A stretch of 64,000 bases of DNA from Eledone cirrhosa (lineage: Eukaryota): NCBI GenBank assembly GCA_964016885.1, contig OZ024744.1, positions 129,022,001 to 129,086,000 of the forward strand, read 5' to 3'. This document shows positions 36,901 through 49,540 of the stretch, one piece after another. The first letter of the stretch is position 1, and the number at the start of each line of letters is the position of its first letter. Under the pieces are notes generated by a model. It saw nothing but the letters and a program-made list of their open reading frames with translations, was not told where the DNA came from and did not search any database. The translations under genes and the position numbers were made by a program.

Positions 36901-38710
36901 AAGTTGGGGTTAAGTTAAGTTAGGGTTAACTTAAGTTGGGGTTGTGTTAAGTGGTGGTTATGTTAAGTGGTGGTTATGTTAAGTTGGGGTTAAGTTAAGT
37001 TGGGGTTAAGTTAAATTGGGGTTAAGTTAAGTTGCGGTTAAGTTAAGTTGGGGTTAAGTTAAGTTGGGGTTAAGTTAATTAGGGTTAAGTTAAGTTGGGG
37101 TTAAGTTAAGTTGGGGTTAAGTTAAGTTGGGGTTAAGTTAATTTGTGGTTAAGTTAAGTTGGGGTTAAGTTAAGTTGGGGTTAAGTTAAGTTGGGGATAA
37201 GTTAAGTTGAGGATAAGTTAAGTTGGGGTTAATTAAGTTGGGTTTAAGTTAAGTTGGGGTTAAGTTAAGTTGGGGTTAAGTTAAGTTGGGGTTAAGTTAA
37301 GTTGGTTAGTTAAGTTGAGTTTAAGTTAAGTTGGGGTTAATTTAAGTTGGGGTTAAGTTAAGTTGGGGTTAAGTTAATTTGGGGTTAAGTTAAGTTGGGG
37401 TTCAGTTAAGTTGGGGTTCAGTTAAGTTGGGGTTAAGTTGGGGTAAAATTAAGTTGGGGTTAAGTTAAGTTGCGGTTAAGTTAAAATGAGGTTAAGTTAA
37501 GTTGGGGTTAAGTTAAGTTGGGGTTAAGTTAAGTTGGGGCTAAGTTAAGTTGGGGCTAAGTTAAGTTGGGGCTAAGTTAAGTTGGGATTAAGTTAACTTT
37601 GGGTTAAGTTAAGTTGGGTTTGAGTTAAGTTGGGGTTAATTAAGTTGGGGTTAAGTTAAGTTGGGGTTAAGTTAAGTTGGGGTTAAGTTAAGTTGGGGTT
37701 AAGTTAAGTTGATGTTAACTTAAGTTGGGGTTAATTTAAGTTGGGGTTAAGTTAAGTTGGGGCTAAGTTAAGTTGGGGTTAAGTTAATTAGGGTTAAGTT
37801 AAGTTGGGGTTAAGTTAAGTTGGGGTTAAGTTAAGTTGGGGTTAAGTTAATTTGTGGTTAAGTTAAGTTGGGGTTAAGTTAAGTTGGGGTTAAGTTAAGT
37901 TGGGGATAAGTTAAGTTGAGGATAAGTTAAGTTGGGGTTAATTAAGTTGGGTTTAAGTTAAGTTGGGGTTAAGTTAAGTTGGGGTTAAGTTAAGTTGGGG
38001 TTAAGTTAAGTTGGTTAGTTAAGTTGAGTTTAAGTTAAGTTGGGGTTAATTTAAGTTGGGGTTAAGTTAAGTTGGGGTTAAGTTAATTTGGGGTTAAGTT
38101 AAGTTGGGGTTCAGTTAAGTTGGGGTTAAGTTAAGTTGGGGTTAAGTTGGGGTAAAATTAAGTTGGGGTTAAGTTAAGTTGCGGTTAAGTTAAAATGAGG
38201 TTAAGTTAAGTTGGGGTTAAGTTAAGTTGGGGTTAAGTTAAGTTGGGGCTAAGTTAAGTTGGGGCTAAGTTAAGTTGGGGCTAAGTTAAGTTGGGGTTAA
38301 GTTAACTTTGGGTTAAGTTAAGTTGGGTTTGAGTTAAGTTGGGGTTAATTAAGTTGGGGTTAAGTTAAGTTGGGGTTAAGTTAAGTTGGGGTTAAGTTAA
38401 GTTGGGGTTAAGTTAAGTTGATGTTAAGTTAAGTTGGGGTTAATTTAAGTTGGGGTTAAGTTAAGTTGGGGCTAAGTTAAGTTGGAGCTAAGTTAAGTTG
38501 GGGCTAAGTTAAGTTGGGGTTAAGTTAAGTTGGGGTTAAGTTAAGGTGGGGTTAAGTTAAGTTGGGGTCAACTTAAGTTGGGGTTAAGTTAAGTTGGGGT
38601 TAACTTAAGTTGGGGTTAAGTTAAGTTGGGGTTAAGTTAAGTTGGGGTTAAGTTAAGTTGGGGTTACGTTAAGTTGGGGGTAAGTTAAGTTGGTGGTAAG
38701 TTAAGTTGGG
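24825..38710 (+). repeat. 6,921-bp tandem duplication, junction at ~31745-31760
   Basis: Offset 6921 for GAGGATA 24850/31771, AAAATGAGG 25124/32045 and GAATGAAG 27833/34754. Offset becomes 6953 after a net 32-bp gain at ~35471 (30530/37483, 31239/38192). Confidence 0.9.
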
Positions 38711-41700
38711 GGTAAGTTAAGATGGGGTTAAGTTAGGGTTAAGTTAAGTTAGGGTTAAGTTAATTTGGGGTTGAGTTAAGTTGGGGTTAAGTTAAGTGGT
38801 GGTTATGTTAAGTTGGGGTTAAGTTAAGTTGGGGTTAATTTAAATTGGGGTTAATTTAAATTTGTTGTTAAGTTAAGTTGGGGTTAATTTAAGTTGGGGT
38901 TAAGTTAAGTTGGGGTTGAGTTAAGTTGGGGTTGAGTGAAGTTGGGGTTAAGTTAAGTTGGGGTTAAGTTAAGTTGGGGTTGAGTTAAGTTGGGGTTAAT
39001 TTAAGTTGGGGCTAAGTTCATTTGGGGTTCAGTTAAGTTGGGGTTAAATTAAGTTGGGGTTAATTTAAGTTGGGGTTAAATTAAGTTGGGGTTAAGTTAA
39101 GTTGGGGTTAAGTTAAGTTGGGGTTAAGTTAATTTGGGGTTAAGTGAAGTTAGGGTTAAGTTAAGTTGGGGTTGAGTTAAGTTGGGGGTAAGTTAAGTTG
39201 GGGTTATGTTAAGTTGGGGTTACGTTAAGTTGGGTTTAAGTTAAGTTGGGGTTAAGTTAAGTTGGGGTTACGTTAAGTTGGGGTTAATTTAAGTTGGGGT
39301 TAAGTTAAGTTGGGATTAATTTAAGTTGGGGTTAAGTTAAGTTGGGGTTAAGTTAAGTTGGGGTTAAGTTAATTTGGGGTTAAGTTAAGTTAGGGTAAAG
39401 TTAAGTTGGGGTTGAGTTAAGTTGGGGTAAGTTAAGTTGGGGTTAAGTTAAGTTGGGGTTAAGTTAAATTGGGGTTAAGTTAAGTTAGGCTTAACTTAAG
39501 TTGGGGTTAAGTTAAGTTGGGGGTGAGTTAAGTTGGGGGTAAGTTAAGTTGGGGTTAAGTTAAGTTGGGGTTAAGTTGGGGTTAAGTTAAGTTAGGGTTA
39601 AGTTAATTTGGGGTTGAGTTAAGTTGGGGTTAAGTTAAGTGGTGGTTATGTTAAGTTGGGGTTAAGTTAAGTTGGGGTTAATTTAAATTGGGGTTAATTT
39701 AAATTTGTTGTTAAGTTAAGTTGGGGTTAATTTAAGTTGGGGTTAAGTTAAGTTGGGGTTGAGTTAAGTTGTGGTTGAGTGAAGTTGGGGTTAAGTTAAG
39801 TTGGGGTTAAATTAAGTTGGGGTTAAGTTAAGTTGGGGTTGAGTTAAGTTGGGGTTAATTTAAGTTGGGGCTAAGTTAATTTGGGGTTAAGTTAAGTTGG
39901 GGTTAAATTAAGTTGGGGTTAAGTTAAGTTGGGGTTAAGTTAAGTTGGGGTTAAGTTAATTTGGGGTTAAGTGAAGTTAGGGTTAAGTTAAGTTGGGGCT
40001 GAGTTAAGTTGGGGTTATGTTAAGTTGGGGTTAAGTTAAGTTGGGGTTAAGTTAAGTTGGGGTTCAGTTAAGTTGCGGTTAAGTTAAGTTGGGGTTAAGT
40101 TAAGTTGGGGTTAAGTTAAGTTGGGGTTAATTTAAGTTGGGGTTAAGTTAAGTTGGGGTTAAGTTAATTTGTGGTTAAGTTAAGTTGGGGTTAAGTTAAG
40201 TTGGGGTTAAATTCAGTCGGGGTTAAGTTAAGTCGGGGTTAAGTTACGTTGGGGTTAAGTTAAGTTGGGGTTAAGTTAAGTTGGGGTTGAGTTAAGTTGG
40301 GGTTAAGTTAAGTTGGGGTTAAGTTAAGTTGGGGTTAATTTAAGTTGGGGTTAAGTTAAGTTGGGGTTAATTTAAGTTGGGGTTAAGTTAAGTTGGGGTT
40401 AATTTAAGTTGGGGTTAATTTAAGTTGGGGTTAAGTTAAGTTGGGGTTAAGTTAAGTTGGGGTAACGTTAAGTTGGGGGTAAGTTAAGTTGGGGTTAAGT
40501 TAAGTTGGGGTTAAGTTGGGGTTAAGTTAAGTTAGGGTTAACTTAAGTTGGGGTTGTGTTAAGTGGTGGTTATGTTAAGTGGTGGTTATGTTAAGTTGGG
40601 GTTAAGTTAAGTTGGGGTTAAGTTAAGTTGGGGTTAAGTTAAGTTGGGGTTAAGTTAATTAGGGTTAAGTTAAGTTGGGTTTAAGTTAAGTTGGGGTTAA
40701 GTTAATTTGTGGTTAAGTTAAGTTGGGGTTAAGTTAAGTTGGGGTTAAGTTAAGTTGGGGATAAGTTAAGTTGGGGATAAGTTAAGTTGGGGTTAATTAA
40801 GTTGGGTTTAAGTTAAGTTGGGGTTAAGTTAAGTCGGGGTTAAGTTAAGTTGGGGTTAAGTTAAGTTGGGGGTAAGATAAGTTGGGGTTAGTTAAGTTGC
40901 GGTTAAGTTAAGTTGGGGTTAAGTTAAGTTGGGGTTAAGTTAAGTTGGGGTTAAGTTAAGTTGGGGTTAATTTAAGTTGGGGTTAATTTAAGTTGGGGTA
41001 AAGTTAAGTTGGGGGTAAGTTAAGTTGGGGTTAAGTTAAGTTGGGGTTAAGTTGGGGTTAAGTTAAGTTAGGGTTAACTTAAGTTGGGGTTGTGTTAAGT
41101 GGTGGTTATGTTAAGTGGTGGTTATGTTAAGTTGGGGTTAAGTTAAGTTGGGGTTAAGTTAAATTGGGGTTAAGTTAAGTTGCGGTTAAGTTAAGTTGGG
41201 GTTAAGTTAAGTTGGGGTTAAGTTAATTAGGGTTAAGTTAAGTTGGGGTTAAGTTAAGTTGGGGTTAAGTTAAGTTGGGGTTAAGTTAAGTTGGGGTTAA
41301 GTTAAGTTGATGTTAAGTTAAGTTGGGGTTAATTTAAGTTGGGGTTAAGTTAAGTTGGGGCTAAGTTAAGTTGGGGTTAAGTTAATTAGGGTTAAGTTAA
41401 GTTGGGGTTAAGTTAAGTTGGGGTTAAGTTAAGTTGGGGTTAAGTTAATTTGTGGTTAAGTTAAGTTGGGGTTAAGTTAAGTTGGGGTTAAGTTAAGTTG
41501 GGGATAAGTTAAGTTGAGGATAAGTTAAGTTGGGGTTAATTAAGTTGGGTTTAAGTTAAGTTGGGGTTAAGTTAAGTTGGGGTTAAGTTAAGTTGGGGTT
41601 AAGTTAAGTTGGTTAGTTAAGTTGAGTTTAAGTTAAGTTGGGGTTAATTTAAGTTGGGGTTAAGTTAAGTTGGGGTTAAGTTAATTTGGGGTTAAGTTAA

Positions 41701-44700
41701 GTTGGGGTTCAGTTAAGTTGGGGTTAAGTTAAGTTGGGGTTAAGTTGGGGTAAAATTAAGTTGGGGTTAAGTTAAGTTGCGGTTAAGTTAAAATGAGGTT
41801 AAGTTAAGTTGGGGTTAAGTTAAGTTGGGGTTAAGTTAAGTTGGGGCTAAGTTAAGTTGGGGCTAAGTTAAGTTGGGGCTAAGTTAAGTTGGGGTTAAGT
41901 TAACTTTGGGTTAAGTTAAGTTGGGTTTGAGTTAAGTTGGGGTTAATTAAGTTGGGGTTAAGTTAAGTTGGGGTTAAGTTAAGTTGGGGTTAAGTTAAGT
42001 TGGGGTTAAGTTAAGTTGATGTTAAGTTAAGTTGGGGTTAATTTAAGTTGGGGTTAAGTTAAGTTGGGGCTAAGTTAAGTTGGAGCTAAGTTAAGTTGGG
42101 GCTAAGTTAAGTTGGGGTTAAGTTAAGTTGGGGTTAAGTTAAGGTGGGGTTAAGTTAAGTTGGGGTTAACTTAAGTTGGGGTTAAGTTAAGTTGGGGTTA
42201 AGTTAAGTTGGGGTTACGTTAAGTTGGGGGTAAGTTAAGTTGGTGGTAAGTTAAGTTGGGGGTAAGTTAAGATGGGGTTAAGTTAGGGTTAAGTTAAGTT
42301 AGGGTTAAGTTAATTTGGGGTTGAGTTAAGTTGGGGTTAAGTTAAGTGGTGTTTATGTTAAGTTGGGGTTAAGTTAAGTTGGGGTTAATTTAAATTGGGG
42401 TTAATTTAAATTTGTTGTTAAGTTAAGTTGGGGTTAATTTACGTTGGGGTTAAGTTAAGTTGGGGTTGAGTTAAGTTGGGGTTGAGTGAAGTTGGGGTTA
42501 AGTTAAGTTGGGGTTAAGTTAAGTTGGGGTTGAGTTAAGTTGGGGTTAATTTAAGTTGGGGCTAAGTTCATTTGGGGTTCAGTTAAGTTGGGGTTAAATT
42601 AAGTTGGGGTTAAGTTAAGTTGGGGTTAAATTAAGTTGGGGTTAAGTTAAGTTGGGGTTAAGTTAAGTTGGGGTTAAGTTAATTTGGGGTTAAGTGAAGT
42701 TAGGGTTAAGTTAAGTTGGGGTTGAGTTAAGTTGGGGGTAAGTTAAGTTGGCGTTATGTTAAGTTGGGGTTACGTTAAGTTGGGTTTAAGTTAAGTTGGG
42801 GTTAAGTTAAGTTGGGGTTAAGTTAAGTTGGGGTTAATTTAAGTTGGGGTTAAGTTAAGTTGGGATTAATTTAAGTTGGGGTTAAGTTAAGTTGGGGTTA
42901 AGTTAAGTTGGGTTTAAATTAAGTTGGGGTTAAGTTAAGTTGGGGTTAAGTTAAGTTGGGGTTAAGTTAATTTGGGGTTAAGTTAAGTTAGGGTAAAGTT
43001 AAGTTGGGGTTGAGTTAAGTTGGGGTAAGTTAAGTTGGGGTTAAGTTAAGTTGGGGTTAAGTTAAGTTGGGGTTAAGTTAAGTTAGGCTTAACTTAAGTT
43101 GGGGTTAAGTTAAGTTGGGGGTGAGTTAAGTTGGGGGTAAGTTAAGTTGGGGTTAAGTTAAGTTGGGGTTAAGTTGGGGTTAAGTTAAGTTAGGGTTAAG
43201 TTAATTTGGGGTTGAGTTAAGTTGGGGTTAAGTTAAGTGGTGGTTATGTTAAGTTGGGGTTAAGTTAAGTTGGGGTTAATTTAAATTGGGGTTAATTTAA
43301 ATTTGTTGTTAAGTTAAGTTGGGGTTAATTTAAGTTGGGGTTAAGTTAAGTTGGGGTTGAGTTAAGTTGTGGTTGAGTGAAGTTGGGGTTAAGTTAAGTT
43401 GGGGTTAAATTAAGTTGGGGTTAAGTTAAGTTGGGGTTGAGTTAAGTTGGGGTTAATTTAATTGGGGCTAAGTTAATTTGGGGTTAAGTTAAGTTGGGGT
43501 TAAATTAAGTTGGGGTTAAGTTAAGTTGGGGTTAAGTTAAGTTGGGGTTAAGTTAATTTGGGGTTAAGTGAAGTTAGGGTTAAGTTAAGTTGGGGCTGAG
43601 TTAAGTTGGGGGTAAGTTAAGTTGGGGTTATGTTAAGTTGGGGTTAAGTTAAGTTGGGGTTAAGTTAAGTTGGGGTTCAGTTAAGTTGCGGTTAAGTTAA
43701 GTTGGGGTTAAGTTAAGTTGGGGTTAAGTTAAGTTGGGGTTAATTTAAGTTGGGGTTAAGTTAAGTTGGGGTTAAGTTAATTTGTGGTTAAGTTAAGTTG
43801 GGGTTAAGTTAAGTTGGGGTTAAATTCAGTCGGGGTTAAGTTAAGTCGGGGTTAAGTTACGTTGGGGTTAAGTTAAGTTGGGGTTAAGTTAAGTTGGGGT
43901 TGAGTTAAGTTGGGGTTAAGTTAAGTTGGGGTTAAGTTAAGTTGGGGTTAAGTTAAGTTGGGGTTAAGTTAAGTTGGGGTTAATTTAAGTTGGGGTTAAG
44001 TTAAGTTGGGGTTAATTTAAGTTGGGGTTAATTTAAGTTGGGGTTAAGTTAAGTTGGGGTTAAGTTAAGTTGGGGTAACGTTAAGTTGGGGGTAAGTTAA
44101 GTTGGGGTTAAGTTAAGTTGGGGTTAAGTTGGGGTTAAGTTAAGTTAGGGTTAACTTAAGTTGGGGTTGTGTTAAGTGGTGGTTATGTTAAGTGGTGGTT
44201 ATGTTAAGTTGGGGTTAAGTTAAGTTGGGGTTAAGTTAAGTTGGGGTTAAGTTAATTAGGGTTAAGTTAAGTTGGGTTTAAGTTAAGTTGGGGTTAAGTT
44301 AATTTGTGGTTAAGTTAAGTTGGGGTTAAGTTAAGTTGGGGTTAAGTTAAGTTGGGGATAAGTTAAGTTGGGGATAAGTTAAGTTGGGGTTAATTAAGTT
44401 GGGTTTAAGTTAAGTTGGGGTTAAGTTAAGTCGGGGTTAAGTTAAGTTGGGGTTAAGTTAAGTTGGGGGTAAGATAAGTTGGGGTTAGTTAAGTTGGGGT
44501 TAAGTAAAGTTGGGGTTCAGTTAAGTTGGGGTTAAGTTAAGTTAGGCTTAACTTAAGTTGGGGTTAAGTTAAGTTGGGGGTGAGTTAAGTTGGGGGTAAG
44601 TTAAGTTGGGGTTAAGTTAAGTTGGGGTTAAGTTGGGGTTAAGTTAATTTAGGGTTAAGTTAAGTTGGGGTTGAGTTAAGTTGGGGTTAAGTTAAGTTGG

Positions 44701-47700
44701 GGTTAATTTAAATTGGGGTTAATTTAACTTTGTGGTTAAGTTAATTTGGGGTTAATTTAAGTTGGGGTTAAGTTAAGTTGGGGTTAATTTAATTTGTGGT
44801 TAAGTTAAGTTGGGGTTAAGTTAAGTTGGCGTTGAGTTAAGCTGGGGTTAAGTTAAGTTGGGGTTAAAATAAGTTGGGGTTAAGTTAAGTTGGGGTTGGG
44901 TTAAGTTGGGGTTGAGTTAATTTGGGGTTAAGTTAAGTTGGGGTTAACTTAAGTTGGGTTTAATTTAAGTTGGGGTTAAGTTAAGTTGGGGTTATAATTA
45001 AGTTGGGGTTAAGTTAAGTTGGGGGTAAGATAAGTTGGGGTTAGTTAAGTTGCGGTTAAGTTAAGTTGGGGTTAAGTTAAGTTGGGGTTAAGTTAAGTTG
45101 GGGTTAAGTTAAGTTGGGGTTAATTTAAGTTGGGGTTAATTTAAGTTGGGGTAAAGTTAAGTTGGGGGTAAGTTAAGTTGGGGTTAAGTTAAGTTGGGGT
45201 TAAGTTGGGGTTAAGTTAAGTTAGGGTTAACTTAAGTTGGGGTTGTGTTAAGTGGTGGTTATGTTAAGTGGTGGTTATGTTAAGTTGGGGTTAAGTTAAG
45301 TTGGGGTTAAGTTAAATTGGGGTTAAGTTAAGTTGCGGTTAAGTTAAGTTGGGGTTAAGTTAAGTTGGGGTTAAGTTAATTAGGGTTAAGTTAAGTTGGG
45401 GTTAAGTTAAGTTGGGGTTAAGTTAAGTTGGGGTTAAGTTAATTTGTGGTTAAGTTAAGTTGGGGTTAAGTTAAGTTGGGGTTAAGTTAAGTTGGGGATA
45501 AGTTAAGTTGAGGATAAGTTAAGTTGGGGTTAATTAAGTTGGGTTTAAGTTAAGTTGGGGTTAAGTTAAGTTGGGGTTAAGTTAAGTTGGGGTTAAGTTA
45601 AGTTGGTTAGTTAAGTTGAGTTTAAGTTAAGTTGGGGTTAATTTAAGTTGGGGTTAAGTTAAGTTGGGGTTAAGTTAATTTGGGGTTAAGTTAAGTTGGG
45701 GTTCAGTTAAGTTGGGGTTCAGTTAAGTTGGGGTTAAGTTGGGGTAAAATTAAGTTGGGGTTAAGTTAAGTTGCGGTTAAGTTAAAATGAGGTTAAGTTA
45801 AGTTGGGGTTAAGTTAAGTTGGGGTTAAGTTAAGTTGGGGCTAAGTTAAGTTGGGGCTAAGTTAAGTTGGGGCTAAGTTAAGTTGGGATTAAGTTAACTT
45901 TGGGTTAAGTTAAGTTGGGTTTGAGTTAAGTTGGGGTTAATTAAGTTGGGGTTAAGTTAAGTTGGGGTTAAGTTAAGTTGGGGTTAAGTTAAGTTGGGGT
46001 TAAGTTAAGTTGATGTTAACTTAAGTTGGGGTTAATTTAAGTTGGGGTTAAGTTAAGTTGGGGCTAAGTTAAGTTGGGGTTAAGTTAATTAGGGTTAAGT
46101 TAAGTTGGGGTTAAGTTAAGTTGGGGTTAAGTTAAGTTGGGGTTAAGTTAATTTGTGGTTAAGTTAAGTTGGGGTTAAGTTAAGTTGGGGTTAAGTTAAG
46201 TTGGGGATAAGTTAAGTTGAGGATAAGTTAAGTTGGGGTTAATTAAGTTGGGTTTAAGTTAAGTTGGGGTTAAGTTAAGTTGGGGTTAAGTTAAGTTGGG
46301 GTTAAGTTAAGTTGGTTAGTTAAGTTGAGTTTAAGTTAAGTTGGGGTTAATTTAAGTTGGGGTTAAGTTAAGTTGGGGTTAAGTTAATTTGGGGTTAAGT
46401 TAAGTTGGGGTTCAGTTAAGTTGGGGTTAAGTTAAGTTGGGGTTAAGTTGGGGTAAAATTAAGTTGGGGTTAAGTTAAGTTGCGGTTAAGTTAAAATGAG
46501 GTTAAGTTAAGTTGGGGTTAAGTTAAGTTGGGGTTAAGTTAAGTTGGGGCTAAGTTAAGTTGGGGCTAAGTTAAGTTGGGGCTAAGTTAAGTTGGGGTTA
46601 AGTTAACTTTGGGTTAAGTTAAGTTGGGTTTGAGTTAAGTTGGGGTTAATTAAGTTGGGGTTAAGTTAAGTTGGGGTTAAGTTAAGTTGGGGTTAAGTTA
46701 AGTTGGGGTTAAGTTAAGTTGATGTTAAGTTAAGTTGGGGTTAATTTAAGTTGGGGTTAAGTTAAGTTGGGGCTAAGTTAAGTTGGAGCTAAGTTAAGTT
46801 GGGGCTAAGTTAAGTTGGGGTTAAGTTAAGTTGGGGTTAAGTTAAGGTGGGGTTAAGTTAAGTTGGGGTCAACTTAAGTTGGGGTTAAGTTAAGTTGGGG
46901 TTAACTTAAGTTGGGGTTAAGTTAAGTTGGGGTTAAGTTAAGTTGGGGTTAAGTTAAGTTGGGGTTACGTTAAGTTGGGGGTAAGTTAAGTTGGTGGTAA
47001 GTTAAGTTGGGGGTAAGTTAAGATGGGGTTAAGTTAGGGTTAAGTTAAGTTAGGGTTAAGTTAATTTGGGGTTGAGTTAAGTTGGGGTTAAGTTAAGTGG
47101 TGGTTATGTTAAGTTGGGGTTAAGTTAAGTTGGGGTTAATTTAAATTGGGGTTAATTTAAATTTGTTGTTAAGTTAAGTTGGGGTTAATTTAAGTTGGGG
47201 TTAAGTTAAGTTGGGGTTGAGTTAAGTTGGGGTTGAGTGAAGTTGGGGTTAAGTTAAGTTGGGGTTAAGTTAAGTTGGGGTTGAGTTAAGTTGGGGTTAA
47301 TTTAAGTTGGGGCTAAGTTCATTTGGGGTTCAGTTAAGTTGGGGTTAAATTAAGTTGGGGTTAATTTAAGTTGGGGTTAAATTAAGTTGGGGTTAAGTTA
47401 AGTTGGGGTTAAGTTAAGTTGGGGTTAAGTTAATTTGGGGTTAAGTGAAGTTAGGGTTAAGTTAAGTTGGGGTTGAGTTAAGTTGGGGGTAAGTTAAGTT
47501 GGGGTTATGTTAAGTTGGGGTTACGTTAAGTTGGGTTTAAGTTAAGTTGGGGTTAAGTTAAGTTGGGGTTACGTTAAGTTGGGGTTAATTTAAGTTGGGG
47601 TTAAGTTAAGTTGGGATTAATTTAAGTTGGGGTTAAGTTAAGTTGGGGTTAAGTTAAGTTGGGGTTAAGTTAATTTGGGGTTAAGTTAAGTTAGGGTAAA

Positions 47701-49540
47701 GTTAAGTTGGGGTTGAGTTAAGTTGGGGTAAGTTAAGTTGGGGTTAAGTTAAGTTGGGGTTAAGTTAAGTTGGGGTTAAGTTAAGTTAGGCTTAACTTAA
47801 GTTGGGGTTAAGTTAAGTTGGGGGTGAGTTAAGTTGGGGGTAAGTTAAGTTGGGGTTAAGTTAAGTTGGGGTTAAGTTGGGGTTAAGTTAAGTTAGGGTT
47901 AAGTTAATTTGGGGTTGAGTTAAGTTGGGGTTAAGTTAAGTGGTGGTTATGTTAAGTTGGGGTTAAGTTAAGTTGGGGTTAATTTAAATTGGGGTTAATT
48001 TAAATTTGTTGTTAAGTTAAGTTGGGGTTAATTTAAGTTGGGGTTAAGTTAAGTTGGGGTTGAGTTAAGTTGTGGTTGAGTGAAGTTGGGGTTAAGTTAA
48101 GTTGGGGTTAAATTAAGTTGGGGTTAAGTTAAGTTGGGGTTGAGTTAAGTTGGGGTTAATTTAAGTTGGGGCTAAGTTAATTTGGGGTTAAGTTAAGTTG
48201 GGGTTAAATTAAGTTGGGGTTAAGTTAAGTTGGGGTTAAGTTAAGTTGGGGTTAAGTTAATTTGGGGTTAAGTGAAGTTAGGGTTAAGTTAAGTTGGGGC
48301 TGAGTTAAGTTGGGGTTATGTTAAGTTGGGGTTAAGTTAAGTTGGGGTTAAGTTAAGTTGGGGTTCAGTTAAGTTGCGGTTAAGTTAAGTTGGGGTTAAG
48401 TTAAGTTGGGGTTAAGTTAAGTTGGGGTTAATTTAAGTTGGGGTTAAGTTAAGTTGGGGTTAAGTTAATTTGTGGTTAAGTTAAGTTGGGGTTAAGTTAA
48501 GTTGGGGTTAAATTCAGTCGGGGTTAAGTTAAGTCGGGGTTAAGTTACGTTGGGGTTAAGTTAAGTTGGGGTTAAGTTAAGTTGGGGTTGAGTTAAGTTG
48601 GGGTTAAGTTAAGTTGGGGTTAAGTTAAATGGGGTTAATTTAAGTTGGGGTTAAGTTAAGTTGGGGTTAATTTAAGTTGGGGTTAAGTTAAGTTGGGGTT
48701 AATTTAAGTTGGGGTTAATTTAAGTTGGGGTTAAGTTAAGTTGGGGTTAAGTTAAGTTGGGGTAACGTTAAGTTGGGGGTAAGTTAAGTTGGGGTTAAGT
48801 TAAGTTGGGGTTAAGTTGGGGTTAAGTTAAGTTAGGGTTAACTTAAGTTGGGGTTGTGTTAAGTGGTGGTTATGTTAAGTGGTGGTTATGTTAAGTTGGG
48901 GTTAAGTTAAGTTGGGGTTAAGTTAAGTTGGGGTTAAGTTAAGTTGGGGTTAAGTTAATTAGGGTTAAGTTAAGTTGGGTTTAAGTTAAGTTGGGGTTAA
49001 GTTAATTTGTGGTTAAGTTAAGTTGGGGATAAGTTAAGTTGGGGGTAAGTTAAGTTGGGGTTAATTAAGTTGGGTTTAAGTTAAGTTGGGGTTAAGTTAA
49101 GTCGGGGTTAAGTTAAGTTGGGGTTAAGTTAAGTTGGGGGTAAGATAAGTTGGGGTTAGTTAAGTTGCGGTTAAGTTAAGTTGGGGTTAAGTTAAGTTGG
49201 GGTTAAGTTAAGTTGGGGTTAAGTTAAGTTGGGGTTAATTTAAGTTGGGGTTAATTTAAGTTGGGGTAAAGTTAAGTTGGGGGTAAGTTAAGTTGGGGTT
49301 AAGTTAAGTTGGGGTTAAGTTGGGGTTAAGTTAAGTTAGGGTTAACTTAAGTTGGGGTTGTGTTAAGTGGTGGTTATGTTAAGTGGTGGTTATGTTAAGT
49401 TGGGGTTAAGTTAAGTTGGGGTTAAGTTAAATTGGGGTTAAGTTAAGTTGCGGTTAAGTTAAGTTGGGGTTAAGTTAAGTTGGGGTTAAGTTAATTAGGG
49501 TTAAGTTAAGTTGGGGTTAAGTTAAGTTGGGGTTAAGTTA
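36720..49540 (+). repeat. ~4.5-kb segment duplicated at 8,301-bp offset (~36.7-41.3 kb and ~45.0-49.5 kb)
   Basis: Offset 8301 for GATGTTAAC 37711/46012, AAAATGAGG 37483/45784, the extra TTACG variant 39271/47572 and AAATTC 40209/48510. Confidence 0.82.
40460..41240 (+). repeat. ~536-bp sub-HOR doublet (TTGTGTTAAGTGGTGGTTATGTTAAGTGGTGGTTATG module), representative example
   Basis: TTGTGTT occurs at 40554/41090. Similar pairs lie near 7360/7864, 14929/15465, 24046/24583, 52628/53164 and 59585/60121. Confidence 0.85.
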
